64,000 nt of DNA from positions 2,629-66,628 of the forward strand of contig JAUWOU010000005.1 of assembly GCA_030612005.1 (NCBI GenBank), in the 5' to 3' direction. Of the stretch, positions 17,749 through 26,610 are shown in pieces; position 1 is the stretch's first letter; each line of letters starts with the position of its first letter. Made by a program: the position numbers and the translations under genes. The notes below the pieces were generated by a model that had not been told where the DNA came from, made no database searches, and was given only the letters and a program-made list of their open reading frames with translations. Origin of the DNA: Candidatus Thorarchaeota archaeon (lineage in GTDB: Archaea > Asgardarchaeota > Thorarchaeia > Thorarchaeales > Thorarchaeaceae).

Positions 17749-18885
17749 ATGACGCCAAGCAATCAGATGGACGGGCATGAGTTCACTGTGTGGTCATTGG
17801 CAATTACGCCAAATGGTCAGATGATAATATCCGGTGGACAGGACGCTACTATTCGACTCTGGGATTTTACATCTGGAAAAGAAGTTCACAAATTTATTGG
17901 ACATGAAGGTCCTGTCTATAATATGGTAATGATGCAAGATGGAAAGCACCTTGTATCTGTGGCTGACAAAGATCTTGCAGTAAAGATCTGGAATATTGAA
18001 AATCAAGAGCTAGTAAGTTCCCTCGCACCAAATTCTGCTCACGTAACTGCAGTAGTAGTAAGTCCTGACCAGCGATTCTTAGTTACTGGTGGAGATGATG
18101 GTTTCGCTAGAATTTGGGATATAGACCGTGGGATTCTACTACGATCATTAGAACATGAATATGGTATCTATAGCATGACCATAAGTCCTGATGGACGACA
18201 CTTACTCTGTGGTAGTAAACGAAAACCTGGAGAGAGATATCCCGGTGTTGTCTGGATTTGGGACTTTGAACTAGGCGTGCAACTGAAAACTCTCAGCGGA
18301 CATATGGGTCATGTGACTGCAATAACTATGACTGCTGATTCCAAGTATGTACTCTCAGGAGATCAGCACGGTTCAGTTTACCTGTGGGATTTAGAAACTG
18401 GGACCTTGTTGAAAACGATGTCCGGGCATAATGCCCCAATTCTGACGATTCATGTATCTCATGATGGTCAACATGTTATTACTGGGTCCCCAGATGGCAC
18501 TGTACGGGTTTGGATTCTTCGAGGTGGTGTTCTTCTAGCTGATCTCACTCACACTGAAAATGTCCACTCACTTATCGTAAGCCCAGATTGCCGACATGTA
18601 ATCACAGGTTCGATGGAAGGGGCTGTGCAAGTTTGGGATTTTGACATGACCAGTCCGTGGATTGATCCCTCCAAGGAATTAGCAGAAGAAGCAAAAGCCG
18701 AGCTTGAAGCCTTCAGAATGCTCCAGTTGAGGAAAGTCATGACACGGTATGAAACACTACCACTGCTCAGGTTGGCAACACTTCTCCGTTTTGAAAGTCT
18801 TGAAGAGCTCGAAGATTGGCTTCTCGACCTACCTGTCGATATGCCTGTAAAAATCGACGGTCCACTCCTAGTAATCAAGAAATGA
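17749..18885 (+). CDS. Seven-blade WD40 repeat protein with a C-terminal PCI-like winged-helix tail
   Basis: Seven GH..(V/I)..(V/I)..SPDG..(V/I)(S/T)G..DG.(V/I).(V/I)WD repeats. The tail LPLLRLATLLRFESLEELEDWLLDLPVDMPVKIDGPLLVI resembles the PCI/PINT WH segment. ATG 17749 is preferred over TTG 17737. Confidence 0.85.
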   Translation: MTPSNQMDGHEFTVWSLAITPNGQMIISGGQDATIRLWDFTSGKEVHKFIGHEGPVYNMVMMQDGKHLVSVADKDLAVKIWNIENQELVSSLAPNSAHVTAVVVSPDQRFLVTGGDDGFARIWDIDRGILLRSLEHEYGIYSMTISPDGRHLLCGSKRKPGERYPGVVWIWDFELGVQLKTLSGHMGHVTAITMTADSKYVLSGDQHGSVYLWDLETGTLLKTMSGHNAPILTIHVSHDGQHVITGSPDGTVRVWILRGGVLLADLTHTENVHSLIVSPDCRHVITGSMEGAVQVWDFDMTSPWIDPSKELAEEAKAELEAFRMLQLRKVMTRYETLPLLRLATLLRFESLEELEDWLLDLPVDMPVKIDGPLLVIKK

Positions 18886-19131
18886 TAAAGCAGATTAATC
18901 AAGAATTAGAAGATGGGCCCGGATTGGAGAAAATTAGGGAAAGTTGTGCAGTATTCCTACTGCTATTCGCGTGGTTAGGAGGGGAGTTTGAATATCTCTT
19001 CACCGAACCCTATGTGTAATTCGTTTTGAATCTATATTAAGTATTTAGTTAGGTACATTAGGAATAATTAAATTTGAGTAAATACTCAATTGTGGATTTC
19101 ATGTTCTTGTTATTCTCTGATTAGAAATTCT

Positions 19132-19437
19132 TCAGTCACGACGTTTTTCATCATCGGGCATAATGACCCGAGGTGACTCAAAAGCTATCTGGCGACGCAT
19201 CTCGCGTTCTCTGGCACTTGAATCATCGCAAAAGAGATCCACAAGGAATACTACTGTAAAGAATCCACAGATGAGACCTATATATTGTCCAACATCTCTT
19301 ATGATTGGACAGAGAGGTGATTGATCTATACTGCCAGAAATAGCTCCACCAATGCACAGAAGAAAAAAAGGTATTGTCAAAGATGCATATAGAACAATCG
19401 CTATTACAATTGACACTTCGCCGATTCTCCCTACCAC
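19132..19437 (-). CDS. Small two-TM membrane protein, unknown function
   Basis: 101-aa ORF with two hydrophobic helices (VSIVIAIVLYASLTIPFFLLCIGG, YIGLICGFFTVVFLVDLF) and a charged C-terminal tail. Confidence 0.4.
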   Translation of the reverse strand: MVGRIGEVSIVIAIVLYASLTIPFFLLCIGGAISGSIDQSPLCPIIRDVGQYIGLICGFFTVVFLVDLFCDDSSAREREMRRQIAFESPRVIMPDDEKRRD

Positions 19438-19628
19438 GATTATTCACGCTGTTATCAAGTACACAAGCTTAGATAACATCTCTCATTTCAGTAGAATACT
19501 AAGAAGAAGATGGGACTCGATTCGATTTCAATGCAGTGCTGCTTATAGTATTAACAATATAGTCAATCTCAAAACATTGGTCAGAGAGAACTAGTGTCCA
19601 CTAATGGTGGGGGCCTGCACTTTGAGTA

Positions 19629-19985
19629 TTAGTATCCCCATTCCTGGCCCTGTCTCTGCCTGTACCATCTACTGCCTTTCTTGGATAGGGACCACTGGCC
19701 ACCTAATTGCATCACAAGACCCATATTCTCCATATTCTGAAGTACTCCGAAGAGTTTGTCGTCGGATGCCCCAGTTACTTCCTTTAGATTTGGGAAGCTC
19801 ATCTTTCCATTTCGCTTCAGATGCTGAGCAATATCGAACTTGCCAACTGCTCTTGATTCAGTACGGACTATGATGTGACCGCAGTTTGTGCAAAGAAGGT
19901 CTCCTTTGTTATCGTCACGGGCGACTTCCTTACTACCACAGATTGGGCAGGTTGTTTGTGAGAATCTTAATCCACGTCGGGACAT
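19629..19985 (-). CDS. Small TFIIB-type zinc-ribbon plus winged-helix protein (putative DNA-binding)
   Basis: The N-terminus CPICGSKEVARDDNKGDLLCTNCGHII is a TFIIB/TFB-like Zn ribbon. The C-terminal half (..LKEVTGASDDKLFGVLQNMENMGLVMQ..) looks like a wHTH. ATG 19985 is preferred over TTG 19994. Confidence 0.5.
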   Translation of the reverse strand: MSRRGLRFSQTTCPICGSKEVARDDNKGDLLCTNCGHIIVRTESRAVGKFDIAQHLKRNGKMSFPNLKEVTGASDDKLFGVLQNMENMGLVMQLGGQWSLSKKGSRWYRQRQGQEWGY

Positions 19986-20058
19986 AGTTTTCAACCGATT
20001 GTCAGGAAAAACTGTCTACTGATAAAACTAGCGAAGGCGCCATCAATTTCACAAGTGT

Positions 20059-20556
20059 CTAGCTCTCAACAAGCTCCTTGAAGAATGATTCATAATTTAT
20101 CTCAAAGGGCACTCGGGTACCAATTCGAACACGTTTCTTGTCCTGGTCTATCTCAACATAGCCTTGACCCTGCAATTCCCTTAGATCAGCCATTACTCCT
20201 CTCAATGCTTTCTTCCTGAATTCGCGTACCCTATCCACGCTAACCCAACCCCCTTCTTGATAGGCAAGTGTGATGACAATAAGAAGCGTTGCTGCAAGTC
20301 TATCAGGTAGAGCTGTTGTTTGAGCTAGATTCACTTCGTCAGATGTATCTAGGTAGAATACTCCTGCCACTGGATTATGTCTGATGTAAAGACCAAGTGG
20401 TGTGACTCTTTTGTGAAGACTTCCCATTTTTTGAAATAGGAGATGCCGTCCTGTATCTTCAGGAAGTCTAAGTGCATCTAGCATGTCTTCTACGCTTGCC
20501 CCAATGGGTGTTCCTGTTCTTGTGAGTAACTTGACCAGCACAGCATATTCGTTCAT
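20059..20556 (-). CDS. Tandem winged-helix protein, ScpB/KITE-like
   Basis: 165 aa. The first WH is (LVKLL..GASVEDMLDAL..LGLYIRHNPVAGVFYL) and the second is (RLAATLLIVITLAYQEGGWVSVDRVREF..VMADLRELQGQGYVEI). Together they mirror the ScpB pattern (..LAIIAY.QPIT..EI..IRG....L..L...GLI). Confidence 0.45.
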   Translation of the reverse strand: MNEYAVLVKLLTRTGTPIGASVEDMLDALRLPEDTGRHLLFQKMGSLHKRVTPLGLYIRHNPVAGVFYLDTSDEVNLAQTTALPDRLAATLLIVITLAYQEGGWVSVDRVREFRKKALRGVMADLRELQGQGYVEIDQDKKRVRIGTRVPFEINYESFFKELVES

Positions 20557-20713
20557 GAGATAGTTTCCAACCTACGCCTATCTGTTTAAAGTCTGACTTT
20601 CATGACGTAGAACGCGCTCTCTATCTAGTCACAACATGTGACTCTCATTTGTGACCCTCAATAGTGCCTTCGGTATATATACTAAATCTGAGTAGTAATT
20701 CTTGTGAAATATC

Positions 20714-20815
20714 ATGGCTCTAACAACTAACAACCGAACCTCATCTGTGCTGAAGAACAAACGCAAGGTATCAACCGATGCCGTTGCTTACGCTTACATT
20801 ACTGTTGTGAGGTAA
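20714..20815 (+). CDS. Micro-ORF A (33 codons), paralog of micro-ORF B
   Basis: Manual translation gives MALTTNNRTSSVLKNKRKVSTDAVAYAYITVVR. The C-terminal K(V/I)ST(D/E)A(V/I)AxAY(I/L) block is shared with 21072-21170. The stop lies 5 nt before ATG 20821. Confidence 0.35.
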   Translation: MALTTNNRTSSVLKNKRKVSTDAVAYAYITVVR

Positions 20816-21071
20816 TCTTCATGAAACTCTCTGAGCGACTGATCAACTGGCAACTCTCTGAGACCGACCTCTGGTCACAGAGTGGTCATAGTTATGGTCA
20901 GTCAGTCTCAGAAATATCATATCCAGTGACCAACCTATAGGAGATTGTGACTAATGATGACTGTAAACGATAATTCTCGAATGATTCGCATGACAATGGA
21001 AAATAGGCACATCAACGTACAATCTACCGAAATGTTGGTTCTTACTTATGACTCCACAATGAGGTGCTAAA

Positions 21072-21170
21072 ATGGCATTTGCGAAAATATACCCGAAACC
21101 CAGGAAATTGAATATAGAAAAGTCCAAGATCTCCACCGAGGCGATTGCTCGGGCTTACCTCCGGAGGTAA
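21072..21170 (+). CDS. Micro-ORF B (32 codons), candidate upstream/leader ORF of the MFS gene
   Basis: Manual translation gives MAFAKIYPKPRKLNIEKSKISTEAIARAYLRR. The stop lies 5 nt before the GTG start (21176) of the MFS transporter. Confidence 0.4.
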   Translation: MAFAKIYPKPRKLNIEKSKISTEAIARAYLRR

Positions 21171-21175
21171 ATCCA

Positions 21176-22528
21176 GTGACTGAAGTAGTAACCGTCGAAA
21201 GTACCGAGGAACAAACTGAGGTCAAAGGCTTCAGAGCTGTCCTTGGTCACCGTGATTTCTCCCGACTCTGGTCTGGACAACTAGTATCGAATATTGGAAC
21301 TGCAATTTCCTCACTAGCTTTGATGTTCTATGCTTACCATCTCACTGGTTCTGCCATGGCAATGGCAATCCTTGCAATAGTACAAGTAATTCCAGTAGTC
21401 ATTTTCGCAGGTTTTGTTGGTGTCTATGTAGATCAGTGGAATCGAAAGAAAATCATGGTCGCTTCTGATATTGTCCGAGCAATTGTTATCCTATTCATTC
21501 CACTCGCGATTTACTTCCCTACATTTCTACCCACAATTCAATGGGTATACTTGCTCACATTCATTTACGCATCAGCCAATGCATGGTTCTTTCCAGCAAG
21601 GAGTGCATCAATCCCTAATCTTGTAGAACGCGACGAACTAGTCGCAGCAAACTCCCTATCTCAGATGACTTTCCAGGTTGTTCAGTTAGTTGTTCCTCCA
21701 GTTGGAGGTATCCTGGTTGCACTCCTTGCCCCCGATTACTTCCTTGCCTTTGCAATTACATCGATGACTTTTGCATTTTCAGCTATTGCACTACAAGGAA
21801 TCAAAACAAATCTGACTCCAACTCGTAAGGATTTGGACAAGGAATCTCTACGATCTCAGATAGTTCAGGGTGGTCGTTATGTTATTGGTAATTCAATACT
21901 CTCATTTCTATTCGTATTCGCAATGCTCCTTGCTGGCTCCTCCGGAATTCTGAATGCACTCCTGATGCCTTACTTTGAAGGAGAACTTGGATTGGGCGCT
22001 GCTCAAATTGGTCTTGTCTTGAGTGCTGGTGCAGCCTCTGGTGCTGTAACTGCCATTTACTTCAGCAGAAAGAAGGAGATTGAGAAACCCCTCTTTATCG
22101 TAACCGGTGCTGGTCTAATTGCTGGTGTAGCAATCTTTGCAATGGTTCTCGCCTTTGATCTATTTACAGTAATGCTCTCTTGGGCATTGATTGGAACAGT
22201 AGATGTGATGTTGAGCATTCCACTTACTGTCCTGATGCAGGAACTTGTAGATGACGAGTTACGTGGTCGTGTATTTGCATTACTCAGTGTAGTATTCACT
22301 GCTGTACAGGTTATTGGAATGGGTATTGGTGGTGTGTGGGCCGAGTCAGTTGGCTCAACTGGTCCCCCCTTGATTGGTGCAGCTATTGCAATGGTTATAG
22401 TATCACTCATCGGATTTGCAGCGATTTCTAGATTCAAGCTACATTCTCTTCTTCCTCAGAAACAGAAAGAATCTGAGAAAGAATCTGTAGAAGAGGAATC
22501 AGTTGTTCTTGTGGAAGATCATGCCTGA
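21176..22528 (+). CDS. MFS transporter (12 TM, EntS/MFS_3-like)
   Basis: 450 aa. FSRLWSGQLVSNIGTA, the loop 2-3 motif VDQWNRKKIMVASDIVRA, about 12 TM helices and an acidic C-terminal tail. Confidence 0.85.
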   Translation: MTEVVTVESTEEQTEVKGFRAVLGHRDFSRLWSGQLVSNIGTAISSLALMFYAYHLTGSAMAMAILAIVQVIPVVIFAGFVGVYVDQWNRKKIMVASDIVRAIVILFIPLAIYFPTFLPTIQWVYLLTFIYASANAWFFPARSASIPNLVERDELVAANSLSQMTFQVVQLVVPPVGGILVALLAPDYFLAFAITSMTFAFSAIALQGIKTNLTPTRKDLDKESLRSQIVQGGRYVIGNSILSFLFVFAMLLAGSSGILNALLMPYFEGELGLGAAQIGLVLSAGAASGAVTAIYFSRKKEIEKPLFIVTGAGLIAGVAIFAMVLAFDLFTVMLSWALIGTVDVMLSIPLTVLMQELVDDELRGRVFALLSVVFTAVQVIGMGIGGVWAESVGSTGPPLIGAAIAMVIVSLIGFAAISRFKLHSLLPQKQKESEKESVEEESVVLVEDHA

Positions 22529-22557
22529 TTAACAGGCGTGATTCCATTCTTTTTTCA

Positions 22558-23211
22558 TTAGGTCGCTTCTGGAATTTGAGGTCTCCAAATCTCACGTGTG
22601 ACAGGGTTATAGAGCAATCTACCTCGTGAAACTAGGATGATTACATAGAGGAAGTGTTTCAGAAATAGATCAAACTTGTCACTCTCGACAATGTTATCGA
22701 AAATGACTTTTCCTTCTAAAGGGATTGAGCTTAGGAATTTCTCCAAGTCTTCTATGAAGATAGAGTCTTCAGTATCAAGTGCAAATCCATTTGGTAGTGG
22801 AGTCATTTCTGGAATCTTATCTTCGGGGGGTTCCTTCGACAACGCTTCAATGAGCTGTACCACTCTTTCAAGAGATGCTCCAAGTGAAGAATGTTCAAGG
22901 TGTCCTATAACAACTGGTTGTTTCTGTACAAGTAGTTTAGCTAGATTCTTTGTTGATTTTCCCTTTATACGAGCTACATAGATTTCAGGAGATGCTATGA
23001 CTCGCGCGAGTTCTTGGACTCTGTTTACCTTAACACCGAGGACCTCGTTTAGCATCTCGTCAATGTCCAATCTGCTATCGAGCTTTTCAGCTAGCTCCTG
23101 TAGTTCTCTATAAGAATCAGTCAATCTAATTTCGAGAGGATCTACATCACCTGAACGAGCCGCCTGCACAATTTGGTAAACCCGTTCTGCTAGGCTTTCA
23201 TTCTTAGACAT
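22558..23211 (-). CDS. Kleisin-like SMC partner (ScpA/Nse4-like)
   Basis: 217 aa. N-terminal helix motif DVDPLEIRLTDSYRELQEL (compare ScpA eiDI..I.I..IT.QYL.YL). C-terminal WH FLKHFLYVIILVSRGRLLY. The ATG is preceded by GGAGG and lies 12 nt after the SMC stop. Confidence 0.6.
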   Translation of the reverse strand: MSKNESLAERVYQIVQAARSGDVDPLEIRLTDSYRELQELAEKLDSRLDIDEMLNEVLGVKVNRVQELARVIASPEIYVARIKGKSTKNLAKLLVQKQPVVIGHLEHSSLGASLERVVQLIEALSKEPPEDKIPEMTPLPNGFALDTEDSIFIEDLEKFLSSIPLEGKVIFDNIVESDKFDLFLKHFLYVIILVSRGRLLYNPVTREIWRPQIPEAT

Positions 23212-23223
23212 CTATTATTCCTC

Positions 23224-26200
23224 CTACTGTCCTTTGAACTTGGGACTTTCGATAATTACCGACGGCTCAACACCATTTGGTGAAACCACTCCAAGTATCT
23301 TGTCCGCGTGTTTCAGAAGATGAGTGCTCTTTGCAGGTGTAAACAGAACAAATTGACTTCTTCTAGATGCATCATGCAATAATCTACTAACAAGCTCAGT
23401 ATTTGTTGCATCAAGAAATGTATCTACTTCATCAAGGACATACACTGGAGCAGGGTTGAATCTTTGAAGTGCCAGGATGAGTGAAATAGCAATGAGAGAC
23501 CTCTCTCCACCTGATCCTGCACTAATAGCTCCGAACCCTTCAGCTTTGATTCTTGATTTGAATTCTACTCCATAGTCACCATCACGCATTGCCAACTCAA
23601 ATCGTACACTTCCCGGAAATTGCACACTTCCAAGAACTTCGTTGACTCCTTTCTCGACCTTTCGAAGTGTTTCGTTCATACCGTTATGGTATTGCTCACG
23701 GATACTCTTGACTGTAGATTCTGCTTCATCAAGTTCTTCATGAAGTTCTGTAACTTTCTCAACAAGTGTCATCAGACGGTCTTTAAGTTGGGTTTCTGTA
23801 TGAGCTACGGTTTCTGAAACATCCTGATAATCATCGAGTATGTGTCGCAATTTAATAAGTTCATTTCTAACTTCATCTAGGGGTCTCACAGTTTCTGGTT
23901 GGTCTAATCCATCTAGTTCTGCTTGTAGGTTCTCTATTTCATATTCCATATTGGTGAGTTGCCTTTTCCCTTGCAGAACCTGAAGCTTCCGTTCTTTAAT
24001 CATGAGATTGAGTTCTACCATTCTTCCACTGATTGCCCTATTTGTTTCCTTAAGACCAGCCAAATCTTCGAGAAGTGTTGTACGTTTATTTTCAGTCTGA
24101 TCTTGACTTGATTTCATTACCTCAATCTTCTCAAGTATCTCTGAAGTTGCATTTTTCGATTCCTTAATCTCTATACGTAGTTCTTTCAAACTATTGGAAA
24201 ATATTTCAACATCTTCTGATATTCGCTTCAGGTCTTGACGCTTTATTTCTTCATCTCTCTCTGCTGCATTTGCTCTACTATCGATTGCTGTGAGCTCTGT
24301 CTGTAAACGTCTTTGTTTAATCCTAAGTGCTGAATCCTGCCCCACCAATCTACTTCGTTCAGGAGGTTGAGTATTGTCCAGTTTTCTAAGATCTCTCTCT
24401 GCCTTTCCTATGTCCGCTTGAAGTAACTTCAGCTCATCATCAAGTGCAACAATCCGCTCTTCCTGCTCAGGTATAGTATCAAGTAACTTCTTTCGGCGTT
24501 CCCAAGTTCCACTCCATCGAGTCATTTGACTGAGTAGATCAAGAACCTCCTCACGTTGAGCCGTCAGGTTGTCCAGATTTGTCATTGTATCTGTGACTTG
24601 CTTGCGTGAGATTGTGAGTTCCTTGCTAGCCCTTGACAGCCTACTTTGAAGTGGTGCAGTTGAGACCATTCCAGAAGGTACTAACTTTGGATTACTTACT
24701 ATCTTTCCGTCGTCTGGGATAATGACCTGTCCATCAATCGTAACTGCTCGCAGATTCTCTTTCGTTGCAAGCCTAGTGGCAGTTCTTACCGTCTTCGTGA
24801 CCACAAAGTTTCCAATGGCTTTCTGCAATAAGTGCTGGGTTTCAGAATCAACGTTAAGATTGTCCCAGAGCCACCCCTCTACTCCAGAAGAGCTCTTGAG
24901 TGTTGGTCGCTCATACAATTCTCCTGAATCTTTCAATAAGATGAGTGGTGAGGGAGCTTCTTCGTTATCTCGTAATTTTTGAAGAATTTGGAAATCCGTT
25001 TCTTCTGTAACGATAAAGGCTAGAGCAAGATTATCTGAGAGGACTGACTCTACTGCGGTTGCAATGGAATCATCAGCACTGAATACTTCTATCAACGGCC
25101 CCGTGACTGATTCTAACTTATGCTCTGTTATTGCATCTTTCAGATTCCGTACACTTTCAGGCATTCTCTTTGAGGTTTCTGACAATCGTACGTTGAGATC
25201 ATCAATCTCTTTCTGTAAGGTTGCAACCAAACTACTCTGTCTAAATCGCTCTTCATTTAGTGTTGCAATCTCCTTCTCAAATTGTCCCTTTCGACGAGTT
25301 AGTTCCTTCTCATCCGATTTCTCCATGATTGTCCAGACGTGAGACCACTTACTTTCGATTGCTTGCAGTTCTGCTTCCTCAACTTGAACTCGTTCTCTTA
25401 CACTTCTGAGGAGCAGATCTTTTCCCTCTATCTCAGCCTGAAGCGCCTTGTATTTGCCATGTGTTTCTGCTCTTTTAGTATTCCATTCTGCAAAAGCTTC
25501 CAATTCATCTCGAATTTTGGAACGTTCTTCTTCTATTTCTTGAATCTCTACTCGAAATTCTCTCTGTTTTTCCATGGTAGATTCTTTTGTCGCAGTAATT
25601 CGGTCAATATCTTCTTGGAGTTTCTCTTTGCGCTTCTTCTCTGAGTTGACTTGTTTCTCTAGCTCACGAAGCTCGCTTACTTGTTTCTTAGAGTCGCCCT
25701 CTAACCGTGCAAGATTTCTTTCTTCTTCCTCAATTTTAGCATCAATTCTACCTATTTCCACCTGAATGTTAGAGAGAGCAGTAGTAAGTTCCTCCGTTTC
25801 AGATTCATTATCAGATATACTAGATTGAATCTGGGTCTGCTCATCAAGAATCGAAACAAGACCTGATTCTTTCCCCTCGATTTCTTCTTTGATTTTTTGG
25901 ACTCTTTCTATGATATCATTTAATGACGCCCATTTTAAATCATGTTCAAGTGACTTTTCTTGCTCCAGAAAAGCTCGTTTTTTGTCCAATCTACTGAGGT
26001 CATGCTGGAGAAGTTCTAGTTCTCGCTCGACTGATTTTGATTCTGTAAGCGCGGTTTCCAACCTGTGCCGACTCTGAATTACCGCGGTTTCTTGGAGAAT
26101 AATTCTATCTCTTAGAGCATCAAGACCTGTTCCTTCTTCTACAAGTCTACGCACTTCGTAGGGATCCATATCTCGAATTGCATTGATTCTTTCCTGAGGA

Positions 26201-26595
26201 ATGAAAACTAGTGGATTATCTGTATCCAAACCGAATGAGTCTACAATATGTCGTAATTCTGCAGCCTTGACTCTACGTCCATCTACATATGCTCTTGGAA
26301 TTCCATCTCTGTCAATTTTACGTAGAAACTTCCTATTCTGACCATTTACTTTTACAGTGACCTCTACTTGGGCAGTACTGGCTCCATGACGGATGAAATC
26401 ACTCCACTTGGAATACCGATTCTCTCGCTGATTTGATCCAAGGGCAAATTTGAGTGCATGGAAAATCGAGGTCTTGCCAGATCCATTGGGTCCTGCTATC
26501 ACTGTGAGTCCTTTGTCAAAGAATACTTCCCCTGAGTAGAATGAGAGGAAGTTATCCAACTTTGCAGACTCTATGTGAGCTCTAACATTACTCAA
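23224..26595 (-). CDS. SMC-family ATPase with hinge; head motifs are SMC5/6-like rather than canonical
   Basis: 1123 aa. Walker A GPNGSGKT, long coiled-coil arms, a hinge block GPLIEVFSADDSIATAVESVLSDNLALAFIV, signature SGGERS and Walker B VYVLDEVD. Non-canonical FIPQERI and QFVLFTPAK. TTG start preceded by AGGAG. Confidence 0.9.
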   Translation of the reverse strand: MSNVRAHIESAKLDNFLSFYSGEVFFDKGLTVIAGPNGSGKTSIFHALKFALGSNQRENRYSKWSDFIRHGASTAQVEVTVKVNGQNRKFLRKIDRDGIPRAYVDGRRVKAAELRHIVDSFGLDTDNPLVFIPQERINAIRDMDPYEVRRLVEEGTGLDALRDRIILQETAVIQSRHRLETALTESKSVERELELLQHDLSRLDKKRAFLEQEKSLEHDLKWASLNDIIERVQKIKEEIEGKESGLVSILDEQTQIQSSISDNESETEELTTALSNIQVEIGRIDAKIEEEERNLARLEGDSKKQVSELRELEKQVNSEKKRKEKLQEDIDRITATKESTMEKQREFRVEIQEIEEERSKIRDELEAFAEWNTKRAETHGKYKALQAEIEGKDLLLRSVRERVQVEEAELQAIESKWSHVWTIMEKSDEKELTRRKGQFEKEIATLNEERFRQSSLVATLQKEIDDLNVRLSETSKRMPESVRNLKDAITEHKLESVTGPLIEVFSADDSIATAVESVLSDNLALAFIVTEETDFQILQKLRDNEEAPSPLILLKDSGELYERPTLKSSSGVEGWLWDNLNVDSETQHLLQKAIGNFVVTKTVRTATRLATKENLRAVTIDGQVIIPDDGKIVSNPKLVPSGMVSTAPLQSRLSRASKELTISRKQVTDTMTNLDNLTAQREEVLDLLSQMTRWSGTWERRKKLLDTIPEQEERIVALDDELKLLQADIGKAERDLRKLDNTQPPERSRLVGQDSALRIKQRRLQTELTAIDSRANAAERDEEIKRQDLKRISEDVEIFSNSLKELRIEIKESKNATSEILEKIEVMKSSQDQTENKRTTLLEDLAGLKETNRAISGRMVELNLMIKERKLQVLQGKRQLTNMEYEIENLQAELDGLDQPETVRPLDEVRNELIKLRHILDDYQDVSETVAHTETQLKDRLMTLVEKVTELHEELDEAESTVKSIREQYHNGMNETLRKVEKGVNEVLGSVQFPGSVRFELAMRDGDYGVEFKSRIKAEGFGAISAGSGGERSLIAISLILALQRFNPAPVYVLDEVDTFLDATNTELVSRLLHDASRRSQFVLFTPAKSTHLLKHADKILGVVSPNGVEPSVIIESPKFKGQ

Positions 26596-26610
26596 GTTTT
26601 CTTCTCCTAG

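Noticed and set aside
18915-19016. tRNA-like start gggcccgg...ccgaaccc downstream of the WD40 gene
   Set aside because: The acceptor pairing is only 6/8. I could not fold a D arm or a TPsiC arm (GTTCRANYC-type) by hand, and the length does not fit even with an intron.
20951-21136. 61-aa minus-strand ORF in the MFS upstream region
   Set aside because: It is antisense to micro-ORF B, whose peptide is conserved with micro-ORF A. It has no paralogous counterpart and no start context.
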